The notes under the pieces: generated by a model
Told to the model about the DNA's origin: nothing
Databases searched by the model: none
Seen by the model: only the letters and a program-made list of their open reading frames with translations
Origin: Eledone cirrhosa
Lineage: Eukaryota
Reading direction: 5' to 3'
NCBI GenBank assembly: GCA_964016885.1
Contig: OZ024742.1
Coordinates: 68,510,001-68,574,000 of the forward strand
Length of the DNA: 64,000 bases
Translations under genes and position numbers: made by a program
In this document: in pieces, positions 50,690 through 64,000 of the stretch
Layout: every line of letters begins with the position of its first letter
Position numbering within the stretch: the stretch's first letter is position 1

Positions 50690-51987
50690 ATCTTATGAAA
50701 AGGGAGCGGACAGAAATCCATCTACACCTCGAGCTTACCTCCAGTTGGGGATTTCTTGTTTTACAAAGCGAGTGTAGTTCTTGTCTGTATTGTTCAATGG
50801 CCGTTTGAAATGATTTGTTCAGTAATAGAGTTACTGTTGCCAGTGAGGCGTTTGTGTGTCTACCAGATGATCCTGCTGGGTGGGTGAAATCTATCTCTTG
50901 AACTGTTTCTTCCAATGCTCTCGACATTTCCTGTCGAGGCAGTCAATCAGGTCTGATACCTTTGTATATGCATCTTCCCCATGTTAAGCGTGTAGGATCT
51001 CTTCATGGAGGGTGTCACATTCCTCATCCTTAGTGGGCATGTCACGTTGGCGAAAGCCACGTGGAATGGAATTCGTTGCTGCCTTGATGAGAAGTTTACA
51101 GAGGTCTGAGTAGACATGGTCAAAGTTAGATATGTCTGGTGTAGGATGACTAGACACTTCAGTATCTGTCAGTTTTGTAAACAGTTCCCAGTTGGCCTTT
51201 CGGAACTTCCATCGTTTAACTGGTTTGGTTGGAATTTTGATTACCTGGAATGATCAGGGAAGGTTTGTGTTGGGATTTTGGAAAGGGGTTCAGGTTTATG
51301 TAATGTAGGGATGGGCCTTTCAGATTGGAAAAAGTGGGGGCAAGATTTGAGGTTGTATTGCATCTGCCTGAATAGAAGCTGTCCGACTGCTTAGCGTCGG
51401 ACAACAATTGCAGTCCAACAGTCAAGGACCAGTCATCTAGTGCACACCATGATCCTGTAGTCCCACGTGGTACTGTAGCTGTTGAAATCGCCAACATAAA
51501 TGTAGGGTGTGTCAAAGACAGAGAGAGAATCTGCCTGAAATCAATGAAGGATTCTTGTAAACATTTACGAGAGTAACTCCTTCAGTTTGGGTTGCCGCCC
51601 ATTCCATAGTTGAGTCAGATGGGGAAGAGGCTAATGTTTTCCACTCAGCTGTATTTCTGACGAAGATGATCCTACTCGTAGTGTATGCAGCTATGGTGAA
51701 GCCAAGGATCTTTTGACGAGATCTATCAGTAATATGCATTTCTTGAAGGAAAACTGCTGTGATCTTATGTATCTTTAGAAGGTACTCAATGATTTTCTCC
51801 TTGGCTTTTTGTGAATCACGGTGATGCCATCTAGTATCAGGCTGCGTTACTCGAGGATGCATTGCATGACTTGTTCAAAATGCACGGATACGTATACTGT
51901 TGATTTGCACTCAGATGGTTGTCGTTCGCCTGATCAAGAGATCAGTTTCCTGGACCTCATCACGAGGAGGTCGACAAACTTGGGCCC
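50690..51987 (-). mobile_element. Ingi/Vingi-like LINE 5' portion (APE domain, decayed)
   Basis: KITAVFLQE.H, GVTLVNVYK, RWKFRKANWE; HDV-like ribozyme at the 5' end. Confidence 0.65.
51919..51987 (-). ncRNA. HDV-like ribozyme at the LINE 5' end
   Basis: P1 gggcc/ggtcc; P2 ttgtcg/cgacaa; P3-L3 acc-tcctcgt-gat; GG; P4 ctgatc-tctt-gatcag; J4/2 gcgaa. Confidence 0.7.
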
Positions 51988-52054
<67 letters not shown>

Positions 52055-52069
52055 ACACATATACACACG

Positions 52070-55000
52070 GAGTGAAAAGGAGAGATAGAGATATTGAGAG
52101 AATAAGATTAAGCTGAGCAAAATGAAGAGATGGTAAATAGATATTTGAGAGTGAAATAAGTAACGATGGTGAGAGGAAGAACGGGAGAAATATAGGAGAG
52201 GAGCAGGTAGTGGAAGTGAAAGAGGAGAGCTGAATTCGATGATGTAACTGTGATGAAAAACGTTATGATTGGTCACATGGTAAGATTCTCGGCCTTCTGG
52301 CAAAGATCAAAGTGTAGTAAGGTAGATAAATGGGGAGAAAGCGGGAGAAGAGAAAAACGAAACTATAAAATGTTAAATAGAGAAGGGGAGTAGTTGTAGA
52401 CTTGGTAAAGTGTTAATCAGGGGGAAAAGAGAGGAAGTGAAAGGTGAACGCTGAAACAGAGAGAAAAATGATGCTGAAAGGAGCGAAAAGATAAATGAAT
52501 GAGAGAGGTAGGACAACGAGAAACAAAAGAGCTATAAAGAGACAGAGAGCGATAGTTAGGGAAAGTAAGAGGAGTAAATAGGAGAGAGTGCGTGACAACT
52601 AAATTTAACCAACTCTATTACGTAAAATAATAATAATATAATTTAAAAAAAATTTCAGGAAAAAAGAGAAAGAAATGAGAGAGAGAGGATAACAAAGTAA
52701 TATATGCTATGACAAATATAGAGTGAGAAGTGTTTAAAACAAAGAGGAGTGAGTGATCAGAAACGGATATAAGAGAAAGATTTGTGGAGGGAGGGGGGGG
52801 GATAAAGAGACGGGAGAGTGTAAAGAGATAAAGAGAAAAGGATGGAGGAAGTGAGATTGGTAGTTAATGAAAGAGAAAGCTGATAATGGAACACACTACT
52901 ACGTAGAAATAGAAACATTAATGGAGATTGGAGAGAGAGAGGGCGGAGACGACGAGAGAGTAAATCACGTGACCGAATGTAGAGAGCAGACGACATATCA
53001 CGTGACTAATATAGTCAAGATAAAAACAACCATGTTACGACGTTCATCTGTTATTGGTGCCTTTGATGATATGATATAGCTATGGTGTTTGTTATATATT
53101 TCATGTAAATTAGGAACAGAATCAGACAAAATACTGTATATTGCAATAATATATTCTATATACTCTGAGTTCAAATCTCGCTCAAGTCGACTTTATTTTT
53201 CATTTTTTTCCAGTCCAATAAAACAAAATATAAGTCAAATACTGTGGTCGAGGTTGATATTGTCATCTATACTCTTGAAGTTAGTGCTCCAAAATACCCA
53301 CGGACTGAAAATTGCATAAAAATATAAAAACGAAAATGAAATAGTGCTGTCTATTGTTGACAAGGCGATTCCATAAAGATATATGCGCGTGTGATTAAGT
53401 GCATGCGCTCCTCTTCCTCGCACTTCCACTCATATTCTTTCCTTCGTTATTTCTAATCTCCCTAATTTCCCTCTCTCTTATTCTTTCCCCCTTCCTTTTC
53501 TGGTTCTCCTTCTTTACTCATCAGTTTAACTCATTCATTCTTACTCTCTGCGTCTCGTTCTTCCTCACTGTGTCACTTTCTCTTTCTCTGCATCTGAGAG
53601 ATGGACAGAAAGAAAGAGAGAAGGAGAGAGAGTGAGACAAGGGAAGAGAGTAAAAGAGGTGTATAAAAAAGAGAGCAGGGGTATAAATAAGGAGGAAAAG
53701 AGTGATAGCCAGAAAGAAATACGATTTCGAAAGAAATATAGATGGGTAAAGAGAAAGAATGAACAAATACAGAAAGTACAAAAGAATGGATGAATGAATA
53801 AGAGAAGAAAAATTAAAAACACAGTGAGAATGAAAAAACGAAAAAATATGAGAATGAGGGTGAAATAAAAGGAAATGAGCGGTTTAAAATTGGTGTAGAA
53901 AAAGAGAGCAAGTAGAAAAGTTAAGCAGTAAATAGTGAGGGAGAGAGGAAGCCATGGGACACAAGAAACGACACACACACATGCATGCATCTGTACATAT
54001 CTATACAAAGAGGAAAGCGACGGCAGCAGCAAACTCTTGAGTGTGTAGTCAAGTTCGAACTCAACGAAGCTTGAATGGAGTGGAATACTGATTTGGTAAG
54101 AAATATTCTCTTCTCGGCCGTGGCACTCAGCCCACTGGCTAAAGACCAGAGAGTTGAAGATAAAGACAAAGAAAGGGAAAGATATATGGGGGGGGGGTGA
54201 AAAGACGTGATGTGTGAGAGAGTGAGTGACAGATAATAAGAGGTAGTTAATGAGACAAGAGAGAGAAAAAGTAAAAAGAGAAGGTGTTTGAGAAAGAGAA
54301 ATTACCGAGTATGTACAGAGGGAGATGGGCTCGCAGACGGGCAAAGAAAAAGAGAGGGAAAAGATGGGTATAAACAATGGTGATTGAGGAGCAAACACGT
54401 ACAGAGGTAGGAGTGCATAAGAACAACAATGACAAATTATATTGAGAGGAATACATGTCAGTCAGAGCGGTTGAGAGATAGGAGAGAGATGAATAGTGAG
54501 AGTGTGTACGCGACAGACGAGGTGGGGGCAGATACAGTGAGTGAGAAAGGAAAGAATACAACAAAGAGAGAGAGAAGTACACGGAGAAAAATGTTTCAAG
54601 GAGAGATAGAATGCTAAATAGATAGAGTAATTGGTAAGAGAGAAAGAGAAAGCAATTAAGGTATAGTGTAATAGAAACAGGCTATTAGAGAAGGAAGGAG
54701 AGAGATCGAGTTGTGAAAGATGGATAGAGCGATAGTAGGACATTATGTGAATGAGAAAAAAAACAAAGCAGTTGAAATAAAGGTAGATTGATAAACAGGG
54801 GAGTATATTAAAATAATGTGTGAGAGGGATAGTTAGATCGACAAAAACATATCGAGAAAGGGAGGGAGATATTTAGCGATTGAACAAGTATATTGGATAA
54901 GGGAAGATGTGTTTGGAGATAGACAGCGAAAGAAGTAAGAGAACAGCTGTGAGGGAGAGTCAGAGCGGCAAAGACAGAGTGAGAAAGGAGGCTAAGCGAC

Positions 55001-55650
55001 ACAAAAGTGTGCTAGTATATATGTGTATGTATATAGTGGGGGGATAATAAAAATAAAGATGATTATAATAATGGAAATTTTTTAAAATATCGATTTTTTT
55101 TTTAATATGCAGAAGGCTTCAAATTTGGAGGAAGAGAATATTCGATTATATTGATACCAGTATTTAGAAGATATTTTATTTTAAGAACGAAAATCAAAGT
55201 TGACATCGGCAGGACTTGAACAGAAATATGTATAAATTCAGACGGAGAAGAGTTGGAGTTAGTGGAGAGTGTCAAAGAGAGTTTAACGGAGTGTGAGTAT
55301 AGATAGTAAAGGAGAGAAACAGATAGAGACAAGGAAAGGAAGAGAAATTGAGAATAACGGTGGGTGAGTAAAAGCGAATATAGACAGTTTGCGAGAGACG
55401 GGGAGAGGCGAAAGCGATAGAGACAGAGAGAGGAAAAGATACATACATACAAGAAAGTAGTAAAAAGACCAAAAGAGGGGTAGAGAGAGAGTTATAATGT
55501 TTGACTGAGTGAAAGGAAGAGATATTAGAGTGTGTATATGTATGTGACTAAGAGAAGTCAGATTTTGTAAAAGAGATACAGAAAGCAATAAAGAGGAGAG
55601 ACTGTATCATCTGTATTAGAGGGAGAGAGAGAAAGTACCTTGTAAGTGTG
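52070..55650 (+). repeat. Long degenerate GA-rich (polypurine) low-complexity region
   Basis: Strong purine bias on +, with a locally inverted patch at about 53400-53590. Confidence 0.85.
52286..52319 (+). pseudogene. U2 snRNA 5' fragment (nt ~6-39)
   Basis: ttctcggccttctggcaaagatcaaagtgtagta versus U2 UUCUCGGCCUU(U/A)UGGCUAAGAUCAA(A)GUGUAGUA. Confidence 0.75.
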
Positions 55651-56005
55651 TCGATATAACCGTGTAAGCATGTGTATCCAGTTGGGGATGTAGTGGTAGA
55701 GGTAGTAGTAGTGGTGATTGGCCAACACCGGCCGTTTGATTCTAACGTTATTACACAGCTGCACGCCGCCAGGTAAGAAGCTCCATACACATATTACTAT
55801 ACCTGCTACTACACTTATTTGTAATATAGTATTTGTTCGTGTTGTAGTTATTATTATTAGATTTCCTCCACCACCACCACAAGACATGATTTATCACCAA
55901 TCATCAATTACGTCTGAACATCCGTGACGCACACCATGGACATCAACTACAGTCTTTCAATTACCACATACATCCATATATACATATACATACATACTTA
56001 TATAT

Positions 56006-56039
<34 letters not shown>

Positions 56040-57008
56040 TGCTCCAACATGAAATTGGTGCTCTATCATGGCCACAGTCCAATAACGGAAACCATTAAAA
56101 GAATATTTTTATCTGTCTATATTTCCATTTCGCGTTATATTTCAGTCTTGTAGGTTTCGTTTCGATCTCTTAACTTCTATTCTCTTTTTTTTTTCTCACT
56201 CACTCCCACTCCCATGTGTGTATGTATGTGTAATTTCTCTTGAATTGTTTACAAATACATAACGTTAAATATTGCTTATATAAAAGCCTTAACTGATAAT
56301 GTAAACACACACACACATACATACATTATATATATATATATGAGGAGAGAGAGAGATGCGTGTGTATGTATATCGAGAGTATATGGGCTTATAGACTATG
56401 TATACGTAATGAGTGCGATTAAGCACTGGTATGTTTAATCTTTCTGTATGACTTTGTATACATCGATTTATATGTATATATGCATATTAGCCCCGGGTCA
56501 GCTCTGATTGAGCAAACCTATTATTAAACGCGTTCCAACCAGGAACATTTTGTCTTTTAGGTGCTATATAAGAATACTTTATCTTATGTGCCTTTCCATT
56601 CATCAATGCAAGTAGAATGGGATTTCAGGGAGATTTACTTCTATTTCTAGCAGGTCAAGTGACCACGTAGAGACATGTTTAGGTTGTCTTTATGTATGTG
56701 ATACTGTACATGCATTATCCAAGCTGAAATTTGCCCATGTGAACACACAAACACACGCTAAGACGTATGTGTTTGTGTGTGTTTCTACGTGTTTATATAT
56801 GATGTTCATGACTATAATAAATACACATTTCCACACATGTATATGCACACAAATGCGCACGTAAATGCTGATGCAAATATTTATGCATACCTCTAGTTGT
56901 GCAAACACACACTATTACATCATAAATACACACTAATATACCCCCACCCCACTTCAATACTGTCAGTGCCCCAGAATGTCTTCAGAAAAATTGTAAAGAG
57001 TGTATATA

Positions 57009-57048
<40 letters not shown>

Positions 57049-57108
57049 AGTGTGTATATATATATTATCATTTAATGTTACTTTTCCTTGCTAGCATATT
57101 TATAAATG

Positions 57109-57140
<32 letters not shown>

Positions 57141-57141
57141 G

Positions 57142-57195
57142 AGATATATGTAAAATCCCGACCGCGGCGCCAAGGGATTTCGGCTTGTGTATGTG

Positions 57196-57239
<44 letters not shown>

Positions 57240-57283
57240 AGCCGAAACCCCTTGGCGCCGCGGTCGGGATTTTACATATATCT
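57142..57283. repeat. Fold-back palindrome centred on a (TA)n/(CA)n tract
   Basis: tgtaaaatcccgaccgcggcgccaaggg.tttcggcttg / caagccgaaaccccttggcgccgcggtcgggattttaca. Confidence 0.9.
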
Positions 57284-57499
57284 ATGTATGTGTGTGTGTG
57301 AATGCATTTTAAATTATATATATATATATATATAAAGAGAGAGAGAGAGAGAGAGAGAGAGCATATCCTCGTCGTCTCTGTCTTTAAAAAGCAGTCAAAC
57401 CCACGCCAACAGGGGAAAATGGACATAAAATGATGATGATGTTTGTTTGTGTGTTTTTGTGTATGTATAATAATAATGATTTTTGTCGTCTTATATAAG

Positions 57500-58610
57500 G
57501 TTCGATCAGAAACCTAGCTATCTGCAGCTATGCTCATGGCTCATACATCCAATTTTGGTACCAGGATTTCAGTCACAAAAATCACAAAACAGTGGGGTGC
57601 TTGCTGTTTAGATTGTTTTCCCCTTTCTTTGACTTTACAGCCTGAAAGTTGCCTGTATCTCCTGTTTCATAATAATGACACCTGTTTATTGTTGTCCTTC
57701 AAGCTGTTCTGCTATTAGCAACACTTTCTCAATTCATATGATCAATACTGCACTTAATTAGGTTGCTCCTTGATGAGATGTCTTTGAAATGCAACTTGTA
57801 TCTTCTGCTTCTTTGTGTTTCTTGAAAACACTCATTGATGAGCAGCCATTTTTTAATCTTATCTTCCATACATTTAACATGGTTTTACCATCATAATTGT
57901 TGCACAGAATCGACATGAAGTTTTGCAGTTGCACAGAATCGACATGAAGTTTTGCAGTTGCACTAGTTGTAACATTTGTATGGTGAGGATTTTATCTTGC
58001 TATGAGATGTTTAGGATCTTATGAAAGCATCATAAATAGAAAGAATTCATGTTATTCATGTGTCCAGCATAAGTAATCCATGACAAAACCATGCAGCAAT
58101 ATGCTGATGATAGGTGCCTCATAGATTCTGAGCTGAGTCTTTGTATTTAGTATTTTTTCTATGCCCTTTTTGTAAATTTTCAAAATGTGGCTCTCTTGCC
58201 TTTTCTAATATTGATTTCTTCATCTAAAGATACCTATGCTGTCCAGTAGAGACAAAATAGGAAAACTTATCAACTGTTGCCAATGGGCATCTATCCAAGA
58301 TGATGAAAAACAAACATTACTTTCTTTTAATAGGATAATTGTCTTCCTTGTGCTGATTTCTAATGGAAAGGCTTGTCAGTCATTTCTTTTAGGCTTGGCT
58401 CACTGGAAGAAACTATTGCTGTATCATCAGTGAACAGTAGATTTTAAATACTGAACTTTGATACCTTGGTTTTTGCACTTAGTTGTGCTCACTTGAGTCA
58501 TCTGTTTTCCAATTGAAGAGGATATCACCAGGCGTCTTCTGAAATACACACTGGAATAAGATGGCGAAACAAATGTATTTACATTTGTTTGCTTCTACAG
58601 TGACTCTTTT
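57500..58610 (-). mobile_element. Decayed RTE-type RT fragment
   Basis: Minus strand LLFTDDTAIVSSSEPSL..LEISTRKT..VDKFSY; 29-bp tandem duplication at 57899-57958. Confidence 0.55.
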
Positions 58611-58764
58611 CATTTAAATTAAGTATTCCTACCTTAGATTTATCCCAAACAAAATTAATTGTATGCAGAGTTTTGTGTATATTATTCTATCTCAAGACCA
58701 AAACTTCAAAGTTACTGCCACTTTTTCTTCAGGGAATAATATGTATGCATATATATATATATAA

Positions 58765-58855
<91 letters not shown>

Positions 58856-59199
58856 AAGAGAGACTACCTTAGTGTAGATCCTGACAGAGATTGAACCCCA
58901 GATTAGGATCTCCACCATCTCTAATACCTTCCATTAGGTCACCGGGACAACTATATGTATATATGAAGATGCTTGGTTGATTGTACAGTTGGATTCTCAT
59001 TTGTTGTTCTTGATGGGAGAGTCCATCACCATCACATGTGTGTCAGGGAGACATTAAATAATGATAATCATGATATCTATCTATTTATCCATCTATCTAT
59101 CTATATAATTTGGTTTATTAAGTATTTTTGTAGGTTACTGAAGGTGGTACCACTATTAGCATTCTTGAGGTGCTACCAATATTAGCAAAGTGTATATAT

Positions 59200-59326
59200 A
59201 TTAAGTTTAACATGACAAAGTTTCATGTTTGTAATTATATTGATTATTTATTGAAATGCACATAACTGGTTGATAATCAATAAAATTAAAAACATGCATA
59301 TGAAATTTCATCATGTTAAACTTAAT
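59200..59326. repeat. Imperfect palindrome between TA/CT microsatellites
   Basis: attaagtttaacatga..ttgattat / ataatcaa..tcatgttaaacttaat. Confidence 0.7.
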
Positions 59327-59342
59327 CGCTCTCTCTCTCTCT

Positions 59343-59399
<57 letters not shown>

Positions 59400-61884
59400 T
59401 TAAAACAGAAAACAAAAACAATAACGAAGAGTGCAGTACAAAGTGTTAGTATTAGGTTCACGCTTGAGAGTGGGGGGTACAAAAAAAGCAATGAGAAAGG
59501 TTTAGTAATCTAAAGAGATATTCTCGCTGAAGTTCAAGTAGCAGGGTGAAATCTCAATTAAGGTATCCAACAAATTCAGGGTATCCTTGTAAATTAACAG
59601 AGAAAAACAACACAGGAGAACAATACAGTATAATGGTCATACATATTAATGTAATGCTTGATATAGTAGTAAAAGAGTCTTAACATCTTCATCAGGAGAC
59701 AGAATGTGAGGTAGGAGAAGAAATAGGATATATGAGAGAAAGAAAAAGAAGGAACTGAAAAAATATTTTTCACAGGAAGAAAGCATGTGTGTGTTTAGTC
59801 AGCTATGTGTCATACAATGGTGTAACAGATATTATATATATTAGCTTGCATTCCATTATAGTGGATTATTGAAATGCCTGTAAAACTTTTATGATAAAAA
59901 ACTGTCATGTCTGTTTACAGATATCTCCATTGTGTTTGAAATAACAAATTTATGAAGATTTGCCATGATTGTCTTTCAATAAATTGGCCTCCAACTGAGT
60001 TATTTGTTTCCAATCTTTTCAAGAAAATAGGGCAAAGTTCAAGGGAGGTTAAGTTGTGATAATCCCAACTTTTATATGTACAGAGAACATATTATTTAAT
60101 GACCTTTTTTAAGATTTGGCTGATATTTCTAACTAGTCAAGCAACCATGTAGAGTTTCGATCCTTGGTTCAATCTTCCCTGGTATCATAGGATGATGTAA
60201 TAGATTTTATATGTAATATTATGGATTATTTGTGATGATGGACTATGTGGTACTATGAGGCATCATTTGATGTTACAGAGGATTGTGTTGGGGTATCATA
60301 ATTTGTTTGTATGTTTAATGAAGCATGGTGTTATGGTAGATCATATGATGGTATGATGCATTATATGATAGTTTGTGTGATTATATAATAATATGAAATG
60401 TCATAAGATAGAATATCTCACTTCACTTGCATGTAACGCTGCTAAACACTGACAGTTGAATGTAAATCGCTGTCTTGTGTGTGTGTGTGTGTGAACACCA
60501 ATAGATTGAGATGAATGAAATAAGATATAAAATAAAGTTAACAGGGTAAGAAATTGGTGGTGAGATATCATAATCAACATCATCAGGATTTTCACTTTCA
60601 TCACTATTGTTATCACCTTCATTAATACTTCCATCAACATCACCACCTCTCTTTGTCTGTGCTGTTATGTGTCAACTGAGACACTGTACAATAAAATGTT
60701 CTACCCACATACACCATGATTTGATATAAATCACCTTCTGCAGTCTACCACAGGTAGTACTCTCCAGATGATTTGGTACCTATCTATTCCTCATGACGTC
60801 TAATTGAACTGAGGCACAGTGTATGATATAATGTTCAGCCTGAGAAACACTTGAGATGACACATAGATTGCTGTCTCCTCTGGATAAACACCAGTCCTAC
60901 ATTACCTATGTTCAAATGTGTTGTAGAAGGGGATTAAGTGTCAAATCACATAGAGATCATTAAATTTTGTTAGACTATTGTACTAACCAGTAGTAAATTT
61001 ATTTATCAAAATAGGGTTTCTAGAGCAGAACTGTTTACTCTATATATTGTCACAACAACTAACTCTTGGATTGAATGTGACTCTTGCTCATGCATTCTAT
61101 TTTTTTACTTGATTTCTAAGGCTGAATGCCCTCCCCTACATCAACCACTTTACGGTGTGTACTGGGAGTATTTTATCATGACTCCAGCACTACCACCTTA
61201 CAGGATGGTATGGGTGCTTTTTTGTTGTAACACCACCACTACCAATTTACAGAATGTTCTGGGTGCATTTTATCATAAAATTAGATGCTCATTCATTGCT
61301 CTCGAAGGGAGAGTTCACTATAATAAAGGATTTTGAGACCTGAAAATGTTTTATTTTTGTAAATATAAAATTAATTAACCTGCCTCAAAGAGACTGTGAA
61401 GATGTTGAGTGTGGGATTTAAACTCAGAATGCTCAAAGGCAAATCAGTTATCACAAAGTATCCTGTTTGACTTGCCAATCCACTGCCCTGGACTGATAAT
61501 CGAAAAGGATGAAAGGCAAAGTAGACCTTGATCTGATTTGAACTGAGAGGGCAGAGAGCTGGAAACCAATACGCTAATAGTGCCAAATCACTTATGAAGT
61601 AAGGGTATTGATTATCCTATGTACCACATGGTAAGGTAGCACCTCATTGTATATAGGCATGTTGGATATGACATTGGCTACACATACATATTTGTTTCAA
61701 CATGATCGATTGAGTCAGTTGTGAGTTATTTTTGTTTATGTAAAGGCATAACATCTGTTAAGTTTCAGTACATTAAGGTTGATACTATTTATTCCAGTGT
61801 ACGTTGGGACGCAACAAAGCAGGGAAACTCAGGATACGTTTTGCTTTTATAAGTAGATATTTATATCTAGGTATAAAAGGGATC

Positions 61885-62580
61885 AGATGCAGTGGATGCA
61901 TATGAAGGATGACAGCTATATAAAAAGATGCAGAGTGCTCAAATTTGATGGAAGCTATGGAGTAGGAAAACCCAGGAACATTTGGGATGAGGTGATAAAA
62001 GCTGACCCTGCACAATTGCACCTCTCAAAGGTTATGACACAGGACCAAAATTTCTGGTGTTATGCTATAATACAGAAGACCTGCCTTCCTATGACTACAG
62101 GCTGAAGCATACATCCAGTATGCACCACCTTCATGTCCATCCCCCATTCCAACACCCCACCCATGTCCTAACACTCCGCTTTTCACACACGCACCTATAC
62201 CTACCCCCCCAATTCCCACACATCTCCCCCGCCTAAGTCACCAGTCCACACTGTAAAGTCGTCATTTTGGTGCCACAACAAAAAGCACCCAGCCCAAACT
62301 GTAAAGTTGTCGTGTTGGTATCATGACAAAAAGCAGCCAGTCCACACTGTAAAGTTGTCATGTTGGTATCACAAAAAAAAGCAGGTGGTTGTGTAGGTGT
62401 CATTACAAAAAGCACCCAGCACACACTGTAAATGTGACTGGTGTTAGGAAGGGCATCCAGCTGTAGAAACCAAGATAGAAACAGTTCTGTGTGAGCAAGA
62501 CATGATCACCTGATCCGATTTGCCTCAAATGGGACAGCCCATCTGACCCATGCTAGCATGGAAAATAGATATCAACATCA
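61885..62580 (+). mobile_element. RTE-like 3' remnant, ~49-bp minisatellite (62240-62435) and SINE tail
   Basis: HMKDDSYIKRC....DG..GVGKPRNIWDEVIKAD; repeated cacactgtaaagt..aaaagcacccag; aggaagggcatccagctgtagaa tail, inverted copy at about 63705-63870. Confidence 0.5.
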
Positions 62581-64000
62581 TCATTTAATGTCCACTTTCC
62601 CTGCTATATATATAAACAAGCTTCTGCATAGTTTGTATCTATTAAAATTAGCCCACAAGGCTTTAGTCAACATGAGGGTATAGTCAAATACTTCTAGTAG
62701 CTGCCAGAGGAGCTGCACAGTGAGATTGAACCTAAAATAATGTGATTGCAAAGCAAACTTCTTTACCATACGGCTATGCTCGTACACTACAGGGTTTAGA
62801 CAATTCTGTTTATCTCTATCTTTGTTTACATTCTGTACTTTGTCCTTTTAACACAATCAACAATTGCTCTTCATGCTATTGTGATTTCTTCTTGACATAT
62901 TCTACCTCTTAATTGGAACACTACTACACCAATATACTTTCTTGTACTTTATCAAATGTGTACATAACTATCTATATGATTGTTGTATAAGTGGGAGTCT
63001 GTGTAGGTGGGTATATATATATATGTATTTGTGTGTGTATATATGTGTGTGTGTGTGTATATATATATACATATATGTACTTATATGTTACAACTATGTC
63101 GGAGCTAAAGTTATAATTCTACTTTCAAGCTGAGCCAGATTACACAGCTCCATATGCAAATGAGGCTAATCAGCCCATCTACACAGGTGAAAAAAACTAT
63201 ATATTTTCGCCTGTTTCAACTTCCAGCAGAGAACAGGGGTAGGACTGTCTTGATGATGGGCCAGTGAGGTGTATCAGGGCTGGGGCTAATATATTTTCAG
63301 AACACCCTCCTTCAATGCTAATAGGTAACAGGAGCTATCGACTACTTCTATGGTGCCTTCTAGATATTTAAAAGGGTTTGCTTCCTGTGCATCGACTACA
63401 TTCTTTGCTAGCCTGCCTGAGATCCCATTATATCTCTTGTGTACCTCTAGTTTACATTTGGAACTTAGGATGAAATTTCTACCTATTTAGCAAGGTCATC
63501 TCTCTGAGGGTATCTTGGCCCTGTTTTTCTTTCTACTTACAAAGGCAAAGCTATCGTTTAAACACAAATATATTTTCTACTTACTAAATGTTTTCATTTT
63601 GCAGACAGAACTATTTTTTAAAAAACAAACATTTCTTATTACAACAACATGACATTTGACAGCGGTTTTCAGCAAGTTTTATATATATATATAGATTAAT
63701 ATATATCATCATCATCACTGTTGGACGTCCATTTTTCCATGCTTACATGGATTAGATAGGTCATCCATGCTGAGAGGCAAGTCTGGCCAGAGTTTGCCAT
63801 GTCACACCTTGCTCTGGCGAGGTCTGTAAATTTGGGTGGGTATTTTACAGCTGGATGCCCTTCCTAATATCAATCACGTAATATATTGAGCTAATTCTGA
63901 AACTACTTTTACATATGTGTGTAAATATAAAGAGTTGTGTGCTCATGCACATGAAGACGGAAAGTGCCCAGTCCACTGTGTAAGGTGGTCATGCTGGTGA

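Noticed and set aside
53565-54398. 277-aa hydrophobic ORF and neighbouring F/L/S-rich ORFs
   Set aside because: Artefact of the CT-rich strand of the polypurine tract.

Overview
Eukaryotic, AT-rich, microsatellite-dense intergenic or intronic DNA. The SINE families and (CA)/(TA)/(TACA) load suggest an octopus or other cephalopod genome (inference). I found no intact host protein-coding gene; most of the ORF track is microsatellite read-through. The window is a mosaic of decayed transposons: two families of R4/Dong-type RT plus restriction-like-endonuclease retrotransposons, CRE, RTE, L1/Tx1, Ingi/Vingi and Penelope-like fragments, hAT-Charlie, Chapaev3, mariner, MITEs, solo-LTR-like pieces and tRNA SINEs. 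Three things stand out. (1) (TACA)n tracts act as shared landing pads: Dong/R4 elements sit on + and a 608-bp non-autonomous RTE-derived element sits on -, forming nested arrays at 4.0-9.8 kb and 34.2-41 kb. (2) The 608-bp element has a precisely conserved, covarying structured 5' RNA head and a Kozak-started 35-aa C2H2 zinc-finger micro-ORF. (3) There are many self-cleaving ribozyme motifs: at least 6 hammerhead-type and 1 HDV-like. There is also a series of (TA)n-anchored fold-back palindromes, several built from hammerheads or hammerhead halves. All structures and family calls were made by eye and need computational confirmation.
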